From contig JASANG010000424.1 in assembly GCA_030248215.1 (NCBI GenBank), positions 124,001-188,000 of the forward strand: 64,000 bases of DNA. Reading direction: 5' to 3'. Origin of the DNA: Enoplolaimus lenunculus. Taxonomy: Eukaryota. Below, one piece after another: positions 27,073 to 40,100 of this stretch; the stretch's first letter is position 1; the number at the start of each line of letters is the position of its first letter. The notes under the pieces are model-generated. The model saw only the letters and a program-made list of their open reading frames with translations. It was not told the DNA's origin and did not search any database. The position numbers and the translations under genes were made by a program.

Positions 27073-29176
27073 TCCACACGAATTAATCTTTACACTATGA
27101 AAAATCTAAATTTCATTCTATAACACTTTCTGATTTAAATTCCAATTAGTTGAATAATTAATTCAGCTAGCGAGTTAGTTGTTTCTAAATTAATATCAAT
27201 AAGCATTCACTCGCTCTGAGTTGAATTGATTTTCGGTCTCAGTTGATTTGATTCCGAGAGAGTTGATCAGTTAACTCAGATTGAGTTAAATCAACTCACA
27301 ATTCTGAGTTCTGATAGTCCTAACTCAGACTAAATAATTTAACTCATTCCGAGTTAAAATTGCGTACGGCAAGCGTTAGAATATTATCAAGCCTAAGCCT
27401 GTGTCAGAACGTAAAAGTTGATTGATCGTAAACGCATTAATGTTGTGCTGCATTGTGAGAAAACGGAACGATCCGAAATGTATTAAAAACGTCTCCTGTC
27501 AGGAGCGGAACAGTATATTAAGCATATTGGTAAGCCTAACCCTAGGCCAAACAAAAACAAGCCTGAAGCTTAAGCTTCCTCTATCCTAGTCCCACAGAAA
27601 AACGATCCGCCCCTGGTCCTTACATGTGACAGAATTTCGAATTGATTGAACTGATTCTGAGTCGGTTAACTCACCCGGAATTTAGACAGCTCAGACTGAG
27701 TGTGTACTGTTATTAGCTCAAAATTAACCAGAAATGACTAATTCGTTCTCTGATTTGATCGTCAACTCACTGCAATTTATAGCGTGCGTAAAATATGATT
27801 GATAAATTTCACCGTTGTAAGTTGAAAACATTCTTCCTTGACGGTAGGCTTTTAGCACACTATAAATTCCAAAGAGTTGAGTAATCAATTCAGCTAGCGA
27901 GTTGGCTATTTCTGAATTAATACTAGTAAACATTAACTCACTGTGAGTTGAGTTGATTTTCTTTCTCAGCTGATTTCATTCCTGGTAAACTGATCAATTA
28001 ACTCACATTCTGTTGAATCAACCTGCAATTCTCAGTTCTGATAGTCCTAACTCAGACTGAGTGATTCAACTCATTCTGAGTTGTAAATTAACTCACTGAA
28101 ATTTACAGTGTACGTTCATAATTTGAGAAACATTATCTTTAAGTTTCTTATTACATTAACAAATGAATTTATTAATGATGGCTTCTATTTAAGTAAATGT
28201 TTTTAATATTTTAATATTTTATAAACTTTTTTAATATTTGCAACTGAAAATCGTAATACAAGGTATCGGTTTGCTGTGGACGACAAATAATGTTTACTTT
28301 TAATTAGCGCAACTTTTCTTTGAGTTTCAGAATCCATTTTTCTAAAATATATGTAGCCTCAAAACGGGTATACTTGTCTACTTAATACCTCACCACAAAA
28401 GTTTCTTCACCCACAGAGTAGTGTGGTACACTGTAAATTTTAGCGAGTTCATTTTAACTCAGAATGAGTTGAATCACTCATTCTGAGTAAGGACTATCAG
28501 AACTCAGAATTTTGAGTTGATTCAATTCATTCGGGGTTAATTAATCAACTCGCCCATAGTCAACTCAACTCTAGAGTAAGAATCCAACTTAACTCAGAGC
28601 GAGTAAATGTTTACTTATATTAATTCAGAAATAACTAACTCGCAAGCTGAATTGATTAATCAACTCATTGGATTTTACAGTGTACGGGCACTTTTTACTT
28701 TACAATCAGTGGCGCAACTGTTGTGTCCCAAACATTTCGCTGATTCAAAGAACCACAAGCACAATGGTGATGCAGCCCTCCAAACGGCCATACTAAGCAA
28801 TTCATTATTTGAACAGTTATCATTGGTAATGAAGTACTTTTGTGTGTTTCGGGAACTCTAAGGAACCGCTGAATGCGGGGTTCCCAATGGCAGCTCCTGT
28901 CCTCTGTAATATGGTTCACTGAAATAGCGGGCGGTTCAGGAGGGAGTCACACCCCGTAGACGTAAATGGAAAGCGCCCATACCAACCTATTCTATGAATG
29001 TAGCAGGGGTGGACGTTTTTCATTTATACCTCAAGGAAATTGGTTGAAGTGGTCATGGACCTCAATTTATCTTCGAAAGCCGCTAAAGTAGATGACATTC
29101 TTTACATTGCAATATTATAAAAATTGTATATTATATACAATGTCAAAATTATCGCACTTGTTTAAAAATGTTTCCA

Positions 29177-29560
29177 TCTTATAGTTAAAACATAAATGCC
29201 CTAAATACGTATTTAGGGCAACGTTGACCAATGTAAAGAACAGCGGCGGAACAGTATTATAAGCATATTTGCTAAGCGTAAGCGTAAGACTAAGCCTGTG
29301 CCTAAGCGTAAGAATGAGTTTATTCCTAAGCCTAAGCCTAAACCAAACAAAAATTAGTCTAAAGCTTCAGCTTACTCTATTCTAGTCCCACTAAAAACGT
29401 TCCGCCGATGTTTCTTTACATGGGCCGCAACTTCCCAGCCTTACTTTGTTTACCATATTTTCTTAGAACAGAAATGTGATTGGTTTGTGGAAAAAATTGC
29501 ATGTATATTGTTGTGGGGTCGCTAACTTGTGCGCGCATTATGCATTGCCTGGCTGGCTAG
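29177..29560 (+). mobile_element. Non-autonomous Helitron-like element (~180 bp without the nested MITE)
   Basis: A|TC 5' end and CTAG|T 3' end, preceded by a GC-rich imperfect hairpin; no TSD; homologous to 35570-35749. Confidence 0.65.
29226..29426. mobile_element. MITE family B nested inside a short Helitron
   Basis: GCAACGTT|GACCAATGTAAAGAAC...TTTACATGGGCC|GCAACTTC. Confidence 0.8.
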
Positions 29561-31075
29561 TATAATAAATGCAAGTTAACCCATAAAACCAATAATAATA
29601 ATAATAATAATAATCGAGTATTTTCATTGCTTAACTGCTCATCACTATAAAGTATGATTAGATAATAGTTTATAAAATTGCAATGCTAAAATTATTCTGG
29701 TTTTTCATTTTTTATATTTATTTCACTAAACTATGATTGTTTTTAATTGTTTTTGTTGAAATTTGAAGTTTGAAAAATTCCAAAAAAACGTTCCTAAAAT
29801 GAAATCAGACCATAATTAATTAGTCAAATTCGCCCCAGTTTCGGCCCATGTACAGAACAGGGGCGGAGAGTTTGTCTGTGGGACGAGAACAGAGTAAGTT
29901 TAAGCTTTAGACTGTTTTTTGCTTGGCTTAGGTTTAGGCTTAGAAATATGCCAATTCATACGCTTATGGTTAGGCTTAGAAATATGCCATTCATACGCTT
30001 AGGTTTAGGCTTAGGCGGCTTAGGAATATGCTTATAAAATACTGTTCCATCCTGTTCTTTACATTGGCCCGAGATTTGAACAGGCGGAAAAATCAAAAGC
30101 CGCGTTGCCTGGAAGCAGCCACAAAAAGTAGATTAATGTTTTCTAGGTTCATTTTTTAATTTCTGATAGTTTTTGACATTTTTAAATTGTCATCGCAATA
30201 ACATTTAAGTCATCTCTGCTCAAGGTGATTAAAAATCACCGCGGTTGCTTTCGGTATGCCATGCAAATGGTAGGGGGCTTGTTACATTTAAGGGTCGCCC
30301 CCAACGCAAAATTCAAAAATATGGATTTTTTTCACGTCAACTTTATTTAATTGTTTCGTATATTTGAGAATACAGACACGCAGATTCTGTGATGCACAGA
30401 ATAAAATGGCGAAAGTACGGAATATGCCTAGTTTTGAAATTATTGAAAATACTGTACTTTAAAAGTATTCGATGCGCGGAATTCAACGGTACCATTTTTA
30501 TGGCTGTATAAGCATCGGTTCAAAAGTTATGACCGTTTAAATTTTTATTTTTTTACTACGTAAATTAAGTTCAGAAAATAAACCTGATAAAACTTTATAT
30601 TTTATGGTAACATACGACTGATAGATAGGTATTTCTTGTTCAAATCTGTGCGTGCTTGCACTATAATTTCGAGGGTCGTTGCTTGGCTTAGGCTTAGGCT
30701 TAAGCTTAGGAATATGCTGATTTTTACGCTTAGCTTTAAGGCTTAGGCTTACGGTTATGAATATGCTTATAATACTGTTCCGCCCCTGTTCGTTACATTG
30801 GCCAAAATATTTTCAATTTTGTAGCAACGTAGAAGTTTATACTTTTTGCAACTTTCATGAACAATAATACTAATCATGCATTTACTACAATAGATATGTT
30901 ACGCTTGTTTTTTTATATTTTGAAAGTAACTGAATGTGAAAATACGTAGATTTGATACTGGCTTAGGTGTCTCAGAATGCTGAACGTTTTCCTAAATCGT
31001 AAGCCTAAGTTTTTTGTTTGATATGTTTATATATTAAAAAATACACAATGCATGGTGTTTTATACGATCTTCATA

Positions 31076-31509
31076 CTGTATTGACCCGAATAAGGGGGGT
31101 AATAAGAGGGGGTCCCATCTTGAGCCGAATCAATTGGAGTCCGTATCCCTAATAAGAGCCCGTAAGCCGATAGAGTCCCTAAACCCTAATTAGAATCCGT
31201 AAATGTCAATTTACCCTAGTTCTAGCACATAAATGAATCCATGACCAAATAATTTGAGGTCGAAACTTTAAAGCGTACTTAAATTTTGAAAGTACATTCC
31301 TAAGTATGACCTTGTATTATCGCTCAAGCTATTGACCAAGACAAATACACGTTTAATTGAACGGATAATACATTACCGCAAATATATCAGTAACGAAGGG
31401 CGGCGGAGCGTGGGTTAAAAATAAATAACAGTCCGTAACCGAATAACAAGGAGGTACCCTCTGAAGAGGCCAAATAAATATCACCCCTCTCTTATTCGGG
31501 TCACTACAG
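31076..31509. mobile_element. TA-flanked TIR element family E (~430 bp, Tc1/mariner-type MITE); partial copies at about 1045-1438 and 14480-14783
   Basis: TA|CTGTATTGACCCGAATAAGGGGGG...CTCTCTTATTCGGGTCACTACAG|TA. The internal sequence is the reverse complement of 1050-1438. Confidence 0.75.
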
Positions 31510-31682
31510 TACGTGTTTGCTCGCTCAAAACTGAAATAATAGTCATGTGTTAATTGTAAACGTTTTTCCCTACGGAGCATAGAGTTCTACTCGTTGGCTT
31601 AGGCTTAGGAATACGCTTGTACGCCGTTGGCTCTCATCTATAGCTTGGCTCCCACAGTTGAGGGCACAGTAAAATATCAGTT

Positions 31683-31958
31683 AAACCCTATTCACACGTG
31701 CAAGCTTTTGCTGCGAAATCTTGCAGCTGCAACTTGCACTTACAAGTTTTGTCCAAAATCCCGTTCGAAAACTTTGCAGCTGCAAATAATTCATTAACCA
31801 TGATAGCTCGGTATTTAGTTCACATTTGTGGATAACCATACAAGTTCATAGAATTTATTGCAGTCACTTTTTCATAAGCTGATGAAAAAATGCAAGTTTT
31901 GCGTGCAATTTGCAGCTCCATGTTTTCGCAGCAAAAACGTGCATGTGTGAATAGGGCT
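31683..31958. mobile_element. PIF/Harbinger (Tourist)-like MITE family D; other copies at about 10047-10348 and 55125-55373
   Basis: TIR CCCTATTCACACGTGCA...TGCATGTGTGAATAGGG with TAA/TTA flanks and internal TGCAGC/TGCAAG repeats. Confidence 0.68.
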
Positions 31959-32378
31959 TATTAAAAGGGCCGGAACAATAGTATAAGCATATTCTCATGC
32001 CTAAGCCTAAGGCTAAAGCCTAAGCCTAAGCGTAAAGATGAGCCTATTTCGAAGCTTAAGCCTAAAGCAAAAAATTAATAGTTTAATGCTTAAACTGACT
32101 CTATTACAGACCCGCCGGAAAACAATTCCGGCCCTGTTGTATACATGGGCCTGATTCGTTATGCAGGACTATTTTGCAAGCCGGTGGTGTGACCCTCAAG
32201 AAAGAACCTCAATTTTTGTTCAGTTAATAAATAAACACTTGTGCATTTTTACTTAAATTTTTCATCTTATTCTTTTTTCAAGAAATGATTTATTACAAAC
32301 ATTAAATTACAGGGCAAAAACAAATGATTATGCTATTGTTTAAGTGATTGATTCGCAAAAATTTGCATAAGCAAGTCG

Positions 32379-32622
32379 GGCCCATGTAAAGATCAGGGAC
32401 GGAACGTTTTTCTGCGGGACTGCAATAGAGTAAGCTTAAGGTTCAGACTAATTTTTTGCTTGGCTTCGGTTTAGACTTAGGCATGAGAATATGCTCATTT
32501 TTACGCTTGCGCTTAGGCTTAGACTTAGGCTTAGGCTTAGGAATATGCTCATTCTTACGCTTAGGCTTAGGCTCAGGAATATGCTTATAATACTGTTTTA
32601 CGCCCTGTTCTTTACATTGGCC
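32379..32622. mobile_element. MITE family B with TTAGGC tracts; other copies near 2489-2654, 10974-11173, 29843-30069, 45340-45683 and 47999-48211
   Basis: GCAAGTCG|GGCCCATGTAAAGATCAGGG...CCCTGTTCTTTACATTGGCC|GCAAATCG. Confidence 0.85.
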
Positions 32623-33562
32623 GCAAATCGAATACTGAAGAATGTAAATGTTGAGGGTTCAGCATCAGAAATAAAACGACCAAAATATTGAACCCTGAGA
32701 TTGATTTGGACCCCCTTATTATAACGATAGTTCAACAGTGCACTATCTTAACCTCCAGCAACGAATATGGACTAGAATGTCGCCCCTCATCAAAGGCCCG
32801 CAGCCCTAAGTTAAGAAAACGGAAAAAAATGCCAGACAAAATAATGGTTTGTTATCAAAAGTTAAACCATATTTAACAAAGCAAACGAGACAGCGTAATA
32901 TTTTGACTAATATTCTCAACAGTGTGTACCACCTATTATCAGTTGTCGTTAGATGGTCGTTTTCAAATACGTCATCAAGTCTGTTTGAAACCCTACCGGC
33001 TATTGGTGATCGAACCGAAGCCGTCGGTAAAAATTTTAACGGGGACCCCACCAAACTTTAGGGAGAGATGTGATGGTTTGGCAATATTTACACACAGAAC
33101 ATGATGAGTTGAATTAAAGATGACACACAGCAGATGTTAAAACTGTTCTACGATGCGAAGCGTTTGTCCGAGTCACCTGAGCCTATGTGATACGTTCTAC
33201 TGTCCACAAACCTGAGCCCGTATTCTCAACTATGTCTAGCACCTATTTACCAGCTTGTAATAGATATTGTAAACATTCGGACCAAGAAATGGTGAGATTT
33301 GAAATTCAGTACATTTGTTGCATGCCATTTATTCTACTCCTGTACAAAGTTTGATATCTGCAATTGCAGCAGTCAGTTCGTTAGTTTGAAAACCTATTAC
33401 TAACTGGTGATAGGTGCTATATGCATTTGACAATGTGGGCCCATAAGCATAACAATACAATAGCTATGTCTTCGTCTGCGTTTAAAGAATTTAGGAAAAT
33501 TTCTTCATCATTACAGCTTATTATGGGAACTAATAATAGCTGGAGCTTGATTTCTGTAAAGA

Positions 33563-33566
<4 letters not shown>

Positions 33567-33639
<73 letters not shown>
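33567..33639. repeat. (TA)n microsatellite
   Basis: Directly visible. Confidence 0.95.
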
Positions 33640-33645
<6 letters not shown>

Positions 33646-35077
33646 TTTAAATTAGATTAGGAGCTATGGAAATACAAATGTTAGCGACCGTAATTCCGTT
33701 GATTCGCCATTGCAAGACCAAACAATTCACTCCGGGAATAAAAGTATGCAACTGGTTCCCTTCTGTGTATAATGGAATGTATCCAGACTTGAGTTAGTGG
33801 CTTATAAATTGGCATAAGCAAAATTTAGTAAGTACTTAAGTAAGATTTCAGAAGTTTGGCCTGCATGTATGACGTAATTCGTGTTTTCGACGGTATCTTC
33901 CGCCCAACGAAACGAGGGGGGTAGCCCAACCACTTGGGTACAAGGGGTGCCTGGGATATCGATCGAGTTCACGGGAAACCCGCAGGTGGAGGCTTACTCT
34001 GGCTGCGCTTCAGTTTGACACCTCTTGAAAAAATTCGTTCCGCGCCCTTGGGTAGGAACGGAAATGAAACACACACCGTACATCCTGTAATCTATATATG
34101 CGAATTTAAGCAAAGTATCATGTGTCTGTAAGTATAAAATGTCATTATCGACTTTTAGTTGAACCAAAGACGCATATTTGTTATATATGGACTCCAATCC
34201 CGAGGGAAGGTTGGGGTCACTGACCCCCACTTTTTAAGTATAAGATTTGGTAGGCGTTTTTGACCACCCACTTTTGAAAAAAGACAGAAAACTTGACGGG
34301 CTTATATTAGTACCCAAAATGTCTGACAGAAAGTTTTTGTCAAGGTGAAGTCGAAATTATTAAGCTATATGTAGACACTGTTTTTGCATAATTTACTGTT
34401 CACATTTAAGCTTTAATCATGTTTAATAGGTTTGTATTGTTCGCTTTAACAAATTGTGGTGTAATGAACGAACCATCGCTTCTTTGGAAAGTGTGAACAT
34501 GTCTAAGTTACTGAATTGACCCCCCATTTTTGATAAATTAGCTAAGTTGCAGAGATACGATTTTTAAACAGTCCTACGCAGTGAAACAGACACTGTTACA
34601 AGAGTCAACTTTTACTAAAATTTAAAAAATTTAATACAAAGCTGCATGAATTCTGTCGTAAACCAAACGTAACTTTGATGTCAGCGAAGTTGGATTCTCT
34701 ATCAGAGTCACCGGATAACGTCACTCACATCAAAGTTAAACTTATGTCAGTTTTTAACTGTAATTAAAGTCTGTTTTGAGTCAAGTTAGTCAAACACACT
34801 GTGTGAAGTTTATACTGTGACTCTGAGAGAGTCCAACTTCACTCGCTTCAGAGTTAAACTTGATTCAAGAGAGTATGCATTTTGTCTTGAATCAAATTTA
34901 ACTATGGTGCAAATGAGGTTAGACTCTCTCAGCGTAATAGGATAACTTCGTTCTATTAACTTGATTCAAAACAGATTTGAATTCCGTAAAACTGAGATAA
35001 ATTTGACTCTCGGAAAACTAAAGATTTGACATTCATGGTAAATACAGCATGCCTGTTTTGGGTAATATTTTGCCGTT

Positions 35078-35304
35078 ATAACTGCCCAAATGACAATTGC
35101 CAAAATTCGATGATTGCCCAAACGACAATTGTGCAAATACGACAACTGCACCAAAACAATTGCCCAAATGCGTCTATTTCCCAAATGCGACAGTTGATAA
35201 ACCGACAATTGCGGAAATGTCGGAATATCTAACACGCGTTTGGACAATTGTCGCGGTTAGGCAATTGTCTTTCGGGCAATTGTCGTTTGAGCAATCGTTG
35301 TAGA
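35078..35304. repeat. 15-bp GACAATTGCCCAAAC-type tandem units with inverted copies at the right end (minisatellite-armed TIR element)
   Basis: GACAATTGCCCAAA repeats, followed by GGGCAATTGTCGTTTGAGCAATCG. Confidence 0.7.
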
Positions 35305-35569
35305 TTATTATAATTTAACTTATCATTTTTTGCAAGTGTGATATATATTTAGGAATCACTATAGTTTGATGAACCATGTACATACTGTGTGATTACAAAT
35401 TAGTACGATGGCATTATAAAGATGAGTTTTTTATACTACTGTCGTGGTATTCTTAGGAAAAGTCTAAATTACATTTAGCTGGTGTAATAGATTTACCGTT
35501 CACGTTATGGAGTGACGCAGAAATGTTCGTATATAAATAGCAGAACCCAGTTTACTCGTATTATATTAA

Positions 35570-35749
35570 CAAGTTAGCCAGGTTTGCTCAATGCGCAAAA
35601 GTTAACGAATGTACAACAACCCTGCGTGCAAAGTTTCTTTATACACAGAACAATCACGTTTTTGTTCTAAGAAAATATTGTAAACAAAGTAATGCTGGAA
35701 GTTTGCCCAAATTACGTTTGTGGGGCATTCTTGCTTTTATATAAATAGA
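35570..35749 (-). mobile_element. Non-autonomous Helitron-like element, second copy
   Basis: Minus strand reads A|TCTATTTATATAAAAGCAAGAATGCCCC...CCTGGCTAACTTG|T and shares TTACTTTGTTTAC.ATATTTTCTTAGAACA with the 29177 copy. Confidence 0.6.
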
Positions 35750-35910
35750 TTTTTTAATTGTGAGTTAATTGGTCATCTCATCCAGAATCAACTAACTCGC
35801 TAGCTGAATGGATTAATTAACTCATTCAAATTTGCAGTGTGGGATATAGCTTCAAATACCGCAATCTTATTACTACAGTCACGACCTTGGTAATAATGGT
35901 GTATTTCAGT

Positions 35911-36163
35911 CACTGTAAATTTCCGTGAGTTGATTTTAACTCAGAATGAATTGTATCCACTCAAAGGTCTGAGCTCTGAATTAGGTCTTTCAGAGCTCAG
36001 AAGTCTGAATTGATTTAACTCATCCTGAGTTAATTTGTCAACTCACACGGAATTAAAAATCAATTCAGAGTGACTTAATATCTACTGTTATTAACTCAGA
36101 AATAGCCAGAAATAACACATTCTATCTCTGAGTTGATTATTGAACTCATTGGAATTTACAGTG
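35911..36163. mobile_element. MITE family A (subfamily with internal TCTGAGCTCTGAATTAGGTCTTTCAG); related copies at 11277-11515, 36652-36891, 48920-49106, 50788-51038 and 51356-51607
   Basis: Same TIRs as family A with a distinct internal segment. Confidence 0.85.
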
Positions 36164-37155
36164 AATGCTAGCTTAACATGCAAATGTAGACCCTCCACGT
36201 ATTTAGAAGACGATAAAAAGTTTAAGAGAGAACACATCTGTTTTTGATAGATCGACTACGAGATACAAGCGTGTTTTAGAACATTTTCACGAAGTCACAA
36301 AATTTTCCAGGGTAGTTGAACTCGCCTGTGGGGCGTTTTGCTATTAATTCATAAGGGTCGACACAAACTCAGGCAACACTCGCGTAGACTAAAACTTATT
36401 TTAAGCTCGTAAACAAGCGAAATTTTGTTAAGCAATAGATGATATTTGACGTTATAAATTAAATTAATTGGAGAAATGTGGTTTCATTGACTTCCTCGAA
36501 TAGAAAGCGTGCCTCAAAACCATACATCCGAAATGTCTCAGTGGTGATGATTCTGGGCAGGGTTGTCCCCACGGGGGGCATTGTGGGGCCGTGCGCCCCC
36601 CCCCCTTAATAGTCTCGGTCTAAAAGTAAACAAACTTAAATTGAAATTGTGCACTGTAAATTCCAGCTAGTTTGAGTTAAATCCATTCAGAGGTTTGAGC
36701 TCTGAATTATGTGTTTCAGAACTCAGAATTATGAACTGATTGAACTCAATCTGAGTTAATTCAATCAACTAACCCAGAATCAAATCAGCTCAGAGTGACT
36801 TTAATATTTACTGTTATTAACTCAGAAATGACCAAATATAACTAATTCTCTATCTGGGTCGATTAATCAACTCACTGGAATTTATACAGTGTACATGCCC
36901 TCCAAATTTATTCGGTTCTTCCCAAATTGCGGACTCCCCTGATTCCAGGGTGGCGAGCATCGACCGAGGGCACATTTTTAATTCTTGCAAAAAATTTCGC
37001 ATTATTTTTCACGGGATCTTGCGAGACAGGAAAGTAAAAAACCTTAAATATACTGAATACACCAATCAAATGCATGTATATTTTTAAGAAATTAAATTTA
37101 TAAGTTATAATAGCATAAACTAATAAATTTTAACATATTTAATACAAATTTAAGA

Positions 37156-40100
37156 ATGCTACGACTTGTGCTAGGCGTTCCGGTAGCTGTGACCATTATG
37201 CTACTTATGTTAACCGAGCCAGCCTCGTGCGGTAAGGCTTTTATTCTTTTAGACTGTAAATTTCACTGAGATGATTTTAACTCAGAATGAGTTGAATCAA
37301 TCAGCCTGAGTTAGTACTATCAGAACTCAGAACTTTGAGTTGATTCAATTCGTTCTGAGTTAATTAATCAACTCACCCTGAGTCAACTCAACTCAGAGTG
37401 AGTTAATGCTTACTGATATTAATTCAGAAATAACTAACTCGCTAGCTGAAATGATTAATCAACTCATTGAAATTTACAGTGTAGGTACCAGGAAATGCAT
37501 TAATATATTGAAGCACTTCATTTTGTTATTCAAACGTTATATATATTTATGTATATATGTATATATGTATATACATGCCAAAATGTGGCCCCAAGGATCG
37601 GGTCCCCTAAGTGATGATTTTGGGGTCCGCTTTCTTCGTGGTCCGCGAAACAATTTTTTAACTTCGGCCTAAAGTTTCAAAGTTTTATTACCAAAAATAC
37701 TGATAGTTGGAAAATCTTATTTGAAAACCTACTACTAACTGGTGATAAAGTGCTATTTTTATATTTCTTTTTGAATTTTTTTGTTTAAATTTCAGCGTTT
37801 AGAATGAAGCGATTCTTGTTGCCTCACAGAATTGCTCGTACACAACGGTTAGGATTGCCTGGAAGTCGTAAGAATTTGTTAAAATAATTATTTCGCATAT
37901 GCGCAGTACAAAATCTCTACAATACCGTTTAAGGAGCATTCGTTTGTTCACTCGGCAGGCGCTGCTATAATGTTTCATTGGTCATTTTCGACTCTAAACC
38001 GACGTTTGAGTACAAATTGAAATATATGTAATTTGATTCGAGAATGGGTAAAAAATAGAATTTTTAAGAAAACACGCCCGTAGCCAGCTTAGTTTGCTAG
38101 GGAAACTGATCATTTTTCAGAAGGGGAATACAAGTGTTTCCGGCGACTTAAATACTATCAACGTTAAAAATTTTCTGGGGAGGGCATGGCATGCAAAGTT
38201 CCAAGAAGGGGGGCTGAGCCTTACAAGCCCGCACCCCTGGCTACTGGCACGTAAGAAAGTTTAAGGTAAACTATTTCAAATTACTGTCTGTCTTTCAGTG
38301 CCAATGCATTTATACGACAAACGGTTTTTGTTGCCGCACAGAATAGAACGCAAGTCAACTATTGCGGTGTTTGATGGTAAGTGCGTTTTGCCGTTGCCAA
38401 TGGTTCGTCAGATGGGCTCAATCCCCTTGGATAAATTTCGGTGCTCATTAAAAATTAGACCCCATTTGTTAATCACGTAGGCCCATGTATAGAACAGGGC
38501 CGGATTGCTTTCCGGACGGGCTATAATAGAGTCAGTTTAAGCTTTAGACTAATTTTTTTGCTTAGGCTTACGTTTAGGCTTATGAATATGCTTATACTAC
38601 TATTGCGGCCCTGTTCTATACATGGGCCATCATATAAAATCGCCAAATGCGCCGCACGAAATATTCTGCTTCCCTAACCCTAGAAAATTTAGTTGGATAC
38701 GGTGAGGACAAAGGGCATAAGCGAACGATATTGGCTTAGTTGTATAATTCTATGTGATGTTATTGTTAGAATTTATGTTTGATTACACTGAAAAAATGGT
38801 GAATCAAATTGACTCCCTTCGAAATAGGCTCCATGGGACAACATATACTGAGTCAAATTAGACTCGGCCAGAGTCAAACGTGCGACTAAGTGAGTCGAAT
38901 TTGACGCAGTTTGTGTAGTCTCGTAGAGCCCATTTCGGAGAGAATCAATTTGACTCACCATTTTTTGCAGTGTATTTTTTAACAGTAAACTTTTTGCGTC
39001 CATAACCTACGTTTTTCAGCTCGTATCACTCACTTCAAAGTTGAACTTTGCTCAGATCCTGAATTAAATTTGCTTAAAAGTTCAATTAAACTCAACTGCA
39101 AGCTAAATTTTAACACCCAATATTACACTGCGAAACATGGTGAGTCAAATTGACTCTCCGAAATAGGCTTTTACGGACTACACAAATTGAGTCAAATTCG
39201 ACTCTGCGAGAGTCAAATTCGACTCACCAGGAGTCGCTCAGTGAGTCGAACTTGACTCTGGCGGTGTCGAATTTAACTCAGTGTTTGTAGTTCCGAAAAG
39301 CCTATTTAGAGTCAAATTCGACTCACCAGGAGTCGCTCAGCGAGTCGAACTTGACTCTGGCGGAGTCGAATTTAACTCAGTGTTTGTAGTCCCGAAAAGC
39401 CTATTTCCGAGAGAGACTATTTGACTCACCGTTTTTTGCAGCACACAAGCATTTCAGTTCATATTTGTTCTTTTTACACCACATTCCGAGCTAAATCTGA
39501 ACGTGAGTTCAACTTAACTCGACAAAATTGACACTGATAATGTTTCAACCGGGATGTCAGTCATTACAGATGAACCGCACCTGTTGGACAGCGGAACGCC
39601 TCCTCGTAAACGGTTTTTGATCCCTCATCGAATGGAGAAAAAACCGATGATTGTGCGAATTGTGCGCCGAGCGACTGTTCCTACTGAAATTTGGCCGGAA
39701 TACTGTAAGGATAGCCCAATGCTTTTGGACGACGTCCGTCACCGTCCGTCACTATGCGGTATCGTACGCGAATTCGCTCACGTACGATACCATATGGTGA
39801 CGACTGATGACGTAGCAAGTCATATGACATGCTTGGGTGCCTGCCTTGAAAGGTTTTGCCGTTCTAGTATAAGGTCGTGGGTACAGGCCTGCGCAGCATG
39901 GCGGTTAATGATGTGGCGTGGGCGAACTGCACTGCAAATGTCAGTGAGTTGAATTTAACTCAGAATGAGTTAAATCACTCAGCCTGATTTAGGACTGTCA
40001 GAACTCAGAATTTTGAGTTGATTCAACTCATTCTGAGTTAATTAATCAACTCGCTCATAGTCAACTCAACTCAGAATGCGAATCAGCACAACTCAGTGTG

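Noticed and set aside
27724..28861. Recurrent ORFs containing INSEITNSLAELINQLIGIYSV (also 37406, 46010, 51741, 53944)
   Set aside because: They are translations of the family A MITE end, not a protein family.
32780..33300. Coding-looking non-repetitive stretch, faintly like a decayed transposase N-terminus
   Set aside because: Stops occur in all frames and there is no diagnostic motif; it needs BLASTx.
33850..34030. GC-rich segment considered as a ribozyme or structured ncRNA
   Set aside because: I could not identify a hammerhead (CUGAUGA/GAAA with stems) or HDV-like core, and there is no second copy in the window.
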